NCBI GenBank assembly: GCA_045632225.1
Contig: JAZQWE010000001.1
Location: 1 to 26,650 of the forward strand
Direction: 5' to 3'
From: Eubacteriales bacterium
GTDB taxonomy: Bacteria > Bacillota > Clostridia > Oscillospirales > CAG-272
DNA length: 26,650 bases
Shown: positions 8,267-15,275 of the stretch, in pieces
Position numbering within the stretch: position 1 is the stretch's first letter
Layout: each line of letters begins with the position of its first letter
Notes under the pieces: generated by a model
What the model was told of the DNA's origin: nothing
Databases searched by the model: none
Seen by the model: the letters and a program-made list of their open reading frames with translations, nothing else
Made by a program: the position numbers and the translations under genes

Positions 8267-9643
8267 ATGGAACCTAAACTCAACAAAAAATATGGGTTGT
8301 TTACTGCTATCGCCATGGTCGTTGGCATAGTAATAGGCAGCGGCATATTCTTCAAAGCACAGGACATTTTGACTAAAACAGGCGGCGACCTTGTTCCCGC
8401 AATTCTCGCATGGGCGGCAGGCGGCCTTATCATGATGGTTTGCTGTCTTGCATTCTCTTTTATGGCAACCAAATACGAAAAAGTCGGCGGCGTGGTTGAC
8501 TATGCAGAGGCAACCGTTGGCTCGGGTTACTCCTATTTTGTTGGCTGGTTTCTTGCAATGATTTACATGCCTGCAATCACCGGCGTGCTTGCATGGGTAA
8601 GTGCAAGATATGCAGTTGTATTTATCAACTCCGTTTATCCCGGCTTTGCCGAAAATCCCGTTACAGGTCCTGAGTGTATGGTGCTTACGCTTGTTTTCAT
8701 GGTCGGCGCGTATGCGCTAAACACCCTCGCTCCCCGTATCGCGGGCAAATTTCAGGTAGCGGTAACCGTTATCAAGCTCATTCCCCTTGTTCTCATGGCT
8801 GTTGTCGGCGTTATCGTCGGTATTGCAAACGGAACTCTTTCTGAAAATCTTGCGGTGTCTGCAAATGTTTCTGCAGGCGGCGACCGTCCGCTTCTTTTCT
8901 TTACTGCGCTTGTTTCAACCGCTTTTGCGTATGACGGATGGATAATTTCCACAAGTATCAATGCAGAACTCAAGGATGCAAAGCGCAATCTCCCCATCGC
9001 ACTTTCAATCGGTTCTCTCATTGTTGTACTGATTTGCGTTTTCTACAATATCGGACTTGCGGGTGGTGCAAGCGTTGCAGACCTTGCAAATGATGCAAGC
9101 AAGGCATTTGCAAACATCTTTGGCGGTAGCGTTGGTGCTATTCTCAATCTCTTTGTTGCGCTTTCTTGTCTTGGTACGCTCAACGGTCTTATGCTTGCCT
9201 CCACAAGAACAACTTATGCGCTTGCGGCAAGAAATATGGGCATGAAGCCGCAGATGTTTAAGACTATTGACGAAAAGACCAACATACCTTCAAATTCCTC
9301 TATTGTGGGACTTTTGCTTGCAATGTTCTGGTTCCTCTATTTCTATGCGGGCTCGCTTGCGGGATGGTGCGGTAGTTACGGCTTTGATGCTTCCGAGCTT
9401 CCCATTATCACCCTTTATGCGCTCTACATTCCGATTTTCATTATGTTTATGAAAAAGGGCAAGGAATTTGGCGTTTTCAAGCGTTTTATAGTTCCCTTGC
9501 TTGCAACTCTTGCAAGTTTGTTTATGATTTATGCAACCGCTATTTCACACGGTATAACAGTTGTTTATTATCTCATTGTGTTTGTGATAATCATGATAGC
9601 AGGCTTTGCGGTAAATGCCAAAAATAAAAAGTCGACTCTTTAG
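8267..9643 (+). CDS. APC-family amino acid permease
   Basis: TM1 motif GIVIGSGIF, TM6 motif FAYDGW, about 12 hydrophobic segments, RBS AAAGG. Confidence 0.9.
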   Translation: MEPKLNKKYGLFTAIAMVVGIVIGSGIFFKAQDILTKTGGDLVPAILAWAAGGLIMMVCCLAFSFMATKYEKVGGVVDYAEATVGSGYSYFVGWFLAMIYMPAITGVLAWVSARYAVVFINSVYPGFAENPVTGPECMVLTLVFMVGAYALNTLAPRIAGKFQVAVTVIKLIPLVLMAVVGVIVGIANGTLSENLAVSANVSAGGDRPLLFFTALVSTAFAYDGWIISTSINAELKDAKRNLPIALSIGSLIVVLICVFYNIGLAGGASVADLANDASKAFANIFGGSVGAILNLFVALSCLGTLNGLMLASTRTTYALAARNMGMKPQMFKTIDEKTNIPSNSSIVGLLLAMFWFLYFYAGSLAGWCGSYGFDASELPIITLYALYIPIFIMFMKKGKEFGVFKRFIVPLLATLASLFMIYATAISHGITVVYYLIVFVIIMIAGFAVNAKNKKSTL

Positions 9644-9880
9644 CGTTGCCGCGCAACGCAGTGAAGTCTAACGCTTTGCGTTAGGTGAAGTCGCTTTGCG
9701 GTCAAGTATTTGATACTCAAATGTGAAGTATCCGTGTCCCACGGATATAAAAGAAAAGAACGGTTCGCAATTTGCGAACCGTTCTTTTCATTCATGTTCA
9801 TTTATTAACACTTCACTCGTTACTTGTAACGAACTTCACATGCCCCAAGGCATACTTCACACACCGAAGGTGTACTTCGT
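9643..9880. repeat. Mirrored array of GTGAAGT heptamers separated by unrelated short hairpins, flanking a central terminator
   Basis: + strand heptamers at 9661, 9685, 9701 (GTCAAGT) and 9723. Reverse-complement ACTTCAC at 9810, 9833 and 9854, partial ACTTC at 9874. Every inter-heptamer spacer is a perfect palindromic stem (see findings). Confidence 0.85.
9753..9789. terminator. Bidirectional terminator (perfect 18-bp inverted repeat)
   Basis: GAAAAGAACGGTTCGCAA-t-TTGCGAACCGTTCTTTTC between convergent genes. Confidence 0.85.
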
Positions 9881-9909
9881 TGGAACAGCGACAATCAGGC
9901 GCGGTTCCT

Positions 9910-10638
9910 TTATATAAACTTCATTACCAAATCAAAAATTATCGGCATAAATATTGCGGGGAGCATGTTGCCCACTTTGATTTTGATAAAACCGAGCATA
10001 TTTACGCCGATTGCGAAAATCAAAATCGAGCCGGTGAATGACATTTGAGAGATTACAGCGCTTGTGAGAAATGGCTCAATGTAAACGCCGAGGAGGGCGA
10101 TGGCGCCCTGATATAAAAAGACTGGGACAGCGGAGAACATAACGCCGATGCCGAGAGTTGATGCAAGCACCACCGATGTAATACAGTCGATTACGCCCTT
10201 TGCAACAAGGGTGGAGTCATCGCCGCGAATACCGTTGTCAAGAGAGCCGACAACAGCCATTGCGCCAACCACAAAAATCAGCGATGCTGTTACCATGCCT
10301 TCGGCAAATGTTGATTTTGAGTCTTTTTTTACAAGTTTGCTTTGGCAGAATGCACCGAAACGGTCAAGCTGTTTTTCAATGTTGATGAGTTCGCCCACCG
10401 TGGTACCAAACACCATTGCCAAAATCATAATAAGAGTGTCGCGCGTGCCAAATGCGCCGTTTTCGTATGTAAGGGTGGCGCTGACAGCACCGCCGATACC
10501 CACAAACATAACTATCAGTCCCACGGCTTGGAGCAAGGTGTCTTTAAGTCGCTCGGGCAATATTTTTTTAAACAAAAGTCCGCAAAGAGAGCCGACTACA
10601 ACTAAAATCGCGTTGATTATTGTTCCTGAAAGTGCCAT
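9910..10638 (-). CDS. DUF554 family membrane protein (YdfK-like)
   Basis: GTIINAILVVVGSLCG, GTTVGELINIE, FVVGAMAVVGSL, KGVIDCITS, LGIGVMFSAVP. Start moved to ATG 10638 (RBS AGAGG) because a promoter lies inside the longer ORF-track version. Confidence 0.85.
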   Translation of the reverse strand: MALSGTIINAILVVVGSLCGLLFKKILPERLKDTLLQAVGLIVMFVGIGGAVSATLTYENGAFGTRDTLIMILAMVFGTTVGELINIEKQLDRFGAFCQSKLVKKDSKSTFAEGMVTASLIFVVGAMAVVGSLDNGIRGDDSTLVAKGVIDCITSVVLASTLGIGVMFSAVPVFLYQGAIALLGVYIEPFLTSAVISQMSFTGSILIFAIGVNMLGFIKIKVGNMLPAIFMPIIFDLVMKFI

Positions 10639-10669
10639 AAAACCTCTAAAAATATATAAAGATAGAAAG

Positions 10670-10698
10670 ATTATACCACCGCGATGGCGCAAAGTAAA
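10670..10698 (-). promoter_or_regulatory. Sigma-A promoter for the DUF554 gene
   Basis: Minus strand TTTACT (10693-10698), 17 nt, TGg-TATAAT (10670-10675). Confidence 0.65.
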
Positions 10699-10767
10699 TA
10701 AGAAAAGAGAATTTTAAGGCTTTGCTTTTTCATATAATTCTGTAAGCGTTAATAAAAGGAGGAGTAT

Positions 10768-11583
10768 ATGAAACTGACAAAGATACACACAGCGGGAAGT
10801 GACTATCTTGTTTGCAAGGAGCATGTTTTTGAAAACGCTGTGGCAAAGAGAATGCTTGACCGCCGCATGGGGATAGGGGCTGACGGTTTTATCTCTGTTT
10901 TTGATACTGATGGGTGCGATGCAAAAATAAAATTGATTTTGCCAAGCGGGGAAGAGTGTCACTCATGCGCAACGGCGGTGATTTCTGCGGCTAAATTTTT
11001 ATACGATACGGTGGAGCGAAAGCGTAGTTATAAAATCGCTTTCGGCGAGCGCGTTTATCGTGTTAAAATGTCAATCATGGGGCAAAGAGTGCTTTGCGCA
11101 TGGGTCGAAATGCCAAAACTTTTGCCGCGGCCGATGGAGCAGTTAAAGTATTATCACGGCATTCGCGGCGAGGTGCTACGCGCATGTATTCCACATCCGC
11201 GCGTGAGTGTTTACGAACTGTGCGGGGCGCATGCCGTTTTCATGCTTGAGAGCGCGGCGGCACTTCGCGCGCTCAATATTCAAAGTGTATGCCGCCGCCT
11301 TGAGGAGGTGCTTTTCTTTGGTGAAAACATTGACTTGCATTTTGCGGCAATTGCGGGCGATAATGTGCTTGCAATGCGCTCGTGGCGTTGCCGCAAGGGT
11401 GAGATGGGCGCGCTTGGAGAGGGCGCGGTGCTTGCGGCTTATGCCGCGGTTGAATATGAAACCGTTGACTCACACCGCGTGTTGGTAAAGGGCGCAAGCG
11501 GCAATTTCTGCGTTGAACTTGCGGGCAATCTTGCCTCGCTTTGCGCTAAATGTGAAACGGTTTTTTGCGGCGAGGCGATATAA
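10768..11583 (+). CDS. Diaminopimelate epimerase (DapF)-fold protein with a degenerate active site
   Basis: MKLTKIHTAGSDY resembles the DapF MxFxKMHGLGNDF start. DRRMGIGADG is conserved. Length ~270 aa matches DapF. The CGNG and ACGTG catalytic motifs are replaced by SCATA and ALGEG. Strong RBS AAGGAGGAG. Confidence 0.75.
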   Translation: MKLTKIHTAGSDYLVCKEHVFENAVAKRMLDRRMGIGADGFISVFDTDGCDAKIKLILPSGEECHSCATAVISAAKFLYDTVERKRSYKIAFGERVYRVKMSIMGQRVLCAWVEMPKLLPRPMEQLKYYHGIRGEVLRACIPHPRVSVYELCGAHAVFMLESAAALRALNIQSVCRRLEEVLFFGENIDLHFAAIAGDNVLAMRSWRCRKGEMGALGEGAVLAAYAAVEYETVDSHRVLVKGASGNFCVELAGNLASLCAKCETVFCGEAI

Positions 11584-11607
11584 AAAAGAGGCAGTAGCCT
11601 CTTTTTT
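11582..11607. terminator. Bidirectional terminator overlapping both stop codons
   Basis: AAAAAAGAGGC-agta-GCCTCTTTTTT. Confidence 0.88.
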
Positions 11608-12028
11608 ATATCCAGATATTAACTTTAAAACTTTTGCCGCAACGGGGGCATTTAACCGAGTTTCTGCCCTTTTTAATCGGTAAGCGGAGCGCGGCATGGC
11701 AATATGGACACTTGCGATAGCGGCATACTTTTCTGTCGCGGTATTTGTCGCGAAGGAAAGAGAAAAAGTTTTTAAAGGCGCTCCAAAATGCAAGAAATTT
11801 TCTGTTTTCTTCGCGGCGCTTGTAGATGTTTTTTGAAAGATAGCGATATACAGCAAAGATAAAAACTGCATTTGCAAGCACTAAAATAATCGGGGAAAAA
11901 ATAAATCTATTGACAACCGACAAAACAAAAAATATAATTAAAAGAGCAAAGTATAGTTGGTCGCCGCCATATCTGCCGTACATAAAACGGTTTATGGCAT
12001 CAATCATTTTGCGAAACATTAAAGACAC
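11606..12028 (-). CDS. Conserved hypothetical membrane protein with C-terminal Zn-ribbon
   Basis: FMYGRYGGDQL, two TM helices, CPYC-x17-CPRCG. Start is GTG 12028 or ATG 12019. Extended -10 TGcTAAAAT on the minus strand at 12044-12052. Confidence 0.75.
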   Translation of the reverse strand: MSLMFRKMIDAINRFMYGRYGGDQLYFALLIIFFVLSVVNRFIFSPIILVLANAVFIFAVYRYLSKNIYKRREENRKFLAFWSAFKNFFSFLRDKYRDRKVCRYRKCPYCHAALRLPIKKGRNSVKCPRCGKSFKVNIWI

Positions 12029-12112
12029 ATCCCTTCACCGTATATTTTAGCACATAATAATGGTGAAAGTACATGTTTTTTCTGAAAATATTGTGAAAAA
12101 ACGAGGAAAACT

Positions 12113-12685
12113 ATGGCAAAACAAGTTTGGAAAGGCGGCGCGTTGCTTGCCCCGCTCCCCGCGGTGCTCATCACCTCGGGCGATATGGAAAACAGCAATA
12201 TTGCAACCGTTGCATGGACGGGAATTGTAAATACTATCCCGCCAAAGACATATATTTCATTGCGCAAAAGCCGCTACAGTTATGAAATCATTGAAAAAAC
12301 GGGCGAGTTTGCGATAAATCTCACCACCGCCGAAATGGTGAAAAATGTTGACTATTGCGGCATTTTCACGGGGCGCAAGGTGGATAAATTTAAAAAATGT
12401 AATTTTACTAAAGAACAGGCATCGCAGATTTCCGCACCCATCATTGGCGAGAGTCCGCTTTCGCTTGAGTGCCGCGTTATCGAAACCCATGACCTTGGTA
12501 CCCATGTAATGATGCTTGCCGATATTCTTGCGACCAATGTGGATGAGAAGTTGCTTGATAAAAACGGCAAAATGGACCTTGGCAAGGCAAATTTGATGGC
12601 GTTTGCACACGGTGAATATTTTGCACTTGGCAAAAAGCTCTCCGGCTTTGGCGACAGCGCAAAAAAGAAAAACAAAAGAAAATAA
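12113..12685 (+). CDS. Flavin reductase family protein (flavoredoxin / DIM6-NTAB-like)
   Basis: LAPLPAVLITSGD, NIATVAWTG, ISLRKSRYSY...IEKTGEFAINL, SGR-like TGRKVDKF, LECRV...LGTHVM. Confidence 0.88.
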   Translation: MAKQVWKGGALLAPLPAVLITSGDMENSNIATVAWTGIVNTIPPKTYISLRKSRYSYEIIEKTGEFAINLTTAEMVKNVDYCGIFTGRKVDKFKKCNFTKEQASQISAPIIGESPLSLECRVIETHDLGTHVMMLADILATNVDEKLLDKNGKMDLGKANLMAFAHGEYFALGKKLSGFGDSAKKKNKRK

Positions 12686-12710
12686 AAGGAGCGCTCCGCG
12701 CTCCTTTTTT
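12684..12710 (+). terminator. Rho-independent terminator
   Basis: AAAAGGAGCGC-tcc-GCGCTCCTTTTTT. Confidence 0.9.
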
Positions 12711-12754
12711 GCACGGTAAATATAATTTAGCGGAATAAGCAAAAATGATTATCG

Positions 12755-12839
12755 AACCTATAGGGGCGATTATAACTCGCCCAAAAAGCCACCGTTAGAT
12801 GTTTTACAAACGGGCGAATGATATTCGCCCCTACGGGTT
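12755..12839. repeat. REP-like inverted doublet (GTAG-type)
   Basis: + strand (A)TAGGGGCGA-ttataac-TCGCCC at 12760-12782. Minus strand GTAGGGGCGA-atatcat-TCGCCC at 12812-12834. The two units are inverted, 29 nt apart. Confidence 0.7.
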
Positions 12840-13021
12840 TGTGGGTTCCGATTATGCTCCCATAAACTATTATTTAACCAAAATCTCTTTGCAAAAATAA
12901 ACTGTTAAAGGAGTCCTATCAAACAGTGTCACAAATTTCCACACAAAAAAGAGCAAAGCATGATTAAAATGTACGCTCCAAAGGGAAAATAGTGACAAAC
13001 CACTTGAAAGGAGGCACTTTA

Positions 13022-13375
13022 ATGAGCGTTAGGCGAGGAGATATTTTTTACGCTGATTTAAGCCCCGTCGTCGGCTCGGAACAGGGAGGACTCAGACCTG
13101 TATTGATAGTGCAAAACGATGTGGGCAACAAATACAGTCCCACCGTTATTGCCGCGGCGATTACAAGTAAGATGAGCAAAACACACCTTCCGACACATAT
13201 TGATATATACGCGGACAAGGTTGGACTTGGAAAAGATTCGGTTATATTGCTTGAGCAAATCCGTACAATAGACAAACAACGCCTGAAAGAAAAAATGGGT
13301 CACCTTGACGATACCCAAATGCGAGCGGTGGATAACGCTATTTCCATAAGCTTTGGGCTTTCGGGCACGGTATAA
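13022..13375 (+). CDS. mazF: MazF/PemK-family endoribonuclease toxin, NdoA (EndoA) type
   Basis: [38 protein letters not shown]...AAIT...LPTH...[17 protein letters not shown] is very close to B. subtilis NdoA as I recall it. RBS AAAGGAGG; start ATG 13022. Confidence 0.93.
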   Translation: MSVRRGDIFYADLSPVVGSEQGGLRPVLIVQNDVGNKYSPTVIAAAITSKMSKTHLPTHIDIYADKVGLGKDSVILLEQIRTIDKQRLKEKMGHLDDTQMRAVDNAISISFGLSGTV

Positions 13376-13407
13376 AATATGCTTGAAATATTCCTAAATA
13401 AATACAC

Positions 13408-13436
13408 TTGCATTTTGGCTTGATTTGTTGTACAAT
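13408..13436 (+). promoter_or_regulatory. Sigma-A promoter for fba
   Basis: TTGCAT (13408-13413), 17 nt, TACAAT (13431-13436). Confidence 0.75.
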
Positions 13437-13479
13437 GATGTTAAAATAAAAACAAATTAAAATCATAGGAGATAAACTT

Positions 13480-14439
13480 ATGGCACTTGTAACAACAAAG
13501 GAAATGTTCAAGAAAGCATACGAAGGCGGCTACGCTATCGGTGCTTTCAACATCAACAACATGGAAATCATTCAGGCTATCGCTGAGGCGGCCGGTGAAG
13601 CAAAGTCCCCCGTTATCCTTCAGGTTTCCGCAGGCGCAAGAAAGTATGCAAAGCAGGAGTACCTCCTCGCACTTGCAAAGGCTGCTATCGCTGACAGCGG
13701 CATTGACCTTGCACTTCACCTTGACCACGGCGCAGATTTTGAAATCTGCAAGGCTTGTATCGACGGCGGTTTCACCTCCGTTATGATCGACGGTTCTCAC
13801 CACTCTTTCGAAGATAACATCGCTGTTACCAAGAAGGTTGTTGAATATGCACACGCAAACGGCGTAGTTGTTGAAGGCGAACTCGGCGTGCTCGCAGGCG
13901 TTGAAGACGATGTAGTAGCAGAAGAGTCCTCCTACACCAAGCCCGAAGAAGTTGAAGAGTTTGTTGGCCGCACCGGCGTTGACTCTCTTGCAATTTCCAT
14001 CGGTACTTCCCACGGCGCATACAAGTTCACCCCTGCACAGTGCACTCGCAATGCTGAGGGTATCCTTGTTCCCCCTCCGCTTCGTTTTGACATTCTTGAA
14101 GAGGTTGGCAAGCGTCTTCCCGGCTTCCCGATCGTTCTCCACGGCGCTTCTTCCGTACCCCAGCACTATGTAAACGAAATCAATGCAATCGGCGGCAAGC
14201 TCCCCGATGCTGTTGGTATTCCCGAAGAACAGCTCCGCAAGGCTGCTACCATGGCTGTATGTAAGATCAATATCGACTCCGATATCCGTCTTGCACTCAC
14301 CGCAGGTATCCGTCGCGTAATGCACAACTCTCCCGATGTATTTGACCCCCGCGGCTACCTCTCTGTTGCTCGTGAGGAAGTTAAGAAGGCCGTTTACCAC
14401 AAGATCGTAAACGTTCTCGGTTCTGCAAACACACTTTAA
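13480..14439 (+). CDS. fba: Fructose-1,6-bisphosphate aldolase, class II
   Basis: AIGAFNINNME, HLDHG, SVMIDGS, VEGELG, GTSHGAYKF, VLHGASS, KINIDSD. Strong NNC codon bias of a highly expressed gene. Confidence 0.96.
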   Translation: MALVTTKEMFKKAYEGGYAIGAFNINNMEIIQAIAEAAGEAKSPVILQVSAGARKYAKQEYLLALAKAAIADSGIDLALHLDHGADFEICKACIDGGFTSVMIDGSHHSFEDNIAVTKKVVEYAHANGVVVEGELGVLAGVEDDVVAEESSYTKPEEVEEFVGRTGVDSLAISIGTSHGAYKFTPAQCTRNAEGILVPPPLRFDILEEVGKRLPGFPIVLHGASSVPQHYVNEINAIGGKLPDAVGIPEEQLRKAATMAVCKINIDSDIRLALTAGIRRVMHNSPDVFDPRGYLSVAREEVKKAVYHKIVNVLGSANTL

Positions 14440-14517
14440 TAGAATCATTTGAAAGTCTTCGACTTTCAAACGGTTGGAGGCGCATGTCCGCCTTGAAAAC
14501 GGTATTTTAATATAATA

Positions 14518-14546
14518 TAAGGGCTGACTTTCGTCAGCCCTTATTT
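14518..14546 (+). terminator. Terminator-like hairpin after fba
   Basis: TAAGGGCTGAC-tttc-GTCAGCCCTTA-TTT. A second hairpin TTTGAAAGTC-ttc-GACTTTCAAA lies at 14448-14470. Confidence 0.7.
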
Positions 14547-14557
14547 AAAATGGTAAT

Positions 14558-15274
14558 ATGAAATATACGGAAAAAGTAGAAATTAACAATTACGATGTCG
14601 ATATGAACGGCGCCGTGCGCCCCACATCGCTTCTTGCAAAACTTGAGGAAATCGGCTCGCATCAGATGATGGAATATCCTCCGTCAAATGACGACCTTAG
14701 AAAAGAGGGCAAGGGCTTTATTTTAAGCCGCCTTGTAATGGAGATACATAAGGAAGTCACCGAGGGGGATTTTGAAGGGCAGACATGGGCAACCGACAGT
14801 CGCGGACTCTCGTTTAACCGCTGTTACAGATTGATGAAAAACGGCGAAGTTTTTGCACAGATTTACACTGTTTGGGCGTTTCTTGATTTTAACGCGGGCA
14901 GACTTATCCGTTATGAGGATGCTGCAAGTCAAAACATTGGCGGCGAGGGGGATGCCCCATTTGAACTCACTTTGCCGCTTCGCGTGAGAATGCCAAAGAC
15001 AGAGGAGATGAGCGAGGTTGCAAAGCGCGAGGTTTATTACAGCGACACCGATATAAACGGCCACATGAACAACACAAAATACCTCAATATGCTCTGCGAT
15101 TTTGTGCCCGATTTCAAGGACAAAAAACTTCTCGGCGCAAATATCAGTTATGTTTCGGAGGCGCCGCTTGGCGATGTTTTGAGCGTGCTTTCAAAGGTTG
15201 AGGGCGACACAGTTTACTTTAGAACCGTACGCTCCGACAAAAAAGTTAACTGTGAAGCGGTGTTGTATTTTTAA
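14558..15274 (+). CDS. Acyl-ACP thioesterase (double hot-dog)
   Basis: N-terminal YDVDMNG and C-terminal YYSDTDINGHMNNTKY catalytic motif. Confidence 0.88.
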   Translation: MKYTEKVEINNYDVDMNGAVRPTSLLAKLEEIGSHQMMEYPPSNDDLRKEGKGFILSRLVMEIHKEVTEGDFEGQTWATDSRGLSFNRCYRLMKNGEVFAQIYTVWAFLDFNAGRLIRYEDAASQNIGGEGDAPFELTLPLRVRMPKTEEMSEVAKREVYYSDTDINGHMNNTKYLNMLCDFVPDFKDKKLLGANISYVSEAPLGDVLSVLSKVEGDTVYFRTVRSDKKVNCEAVLYF

Positions 15275-15275
15275 T

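Noticed and set aside
9661-9860. CRISPR array interpretation of the GTGAAGT repeats
   Set aside because: The repeat is 7 nt, spacers are 9-17 nt palindromes, orientation flips mid-array, and there are no cas genes or leader in the window.
9918-9924. Extra ACTTCAT copy extending the array
   Set aside because: It lies inside the last codons (M-K-F) of the DUF554 gene and is not preceded by a comparable short hairpin; probably incidental.
9723-10041. Small ORFs 9723-9917 and 9772-10041
   Set aside because: They run through the hairpin array and terminator and overlap the DUF554 3' end antisense; no RBS.
12745-12991. Tiny ORFs upstream of mazF as antitoxin candidates
   Set aside because: Only 17 aa and 10 aa long, with no RBS and no RHH or AbrB features.
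13441-14469. 342-aa minus-strand ORF
   Set aside because: Exact antisense shadow of fba; the RNY/NNC codon bias of highly expressed genes keeps the opposite frame open. No recognisable motifs.
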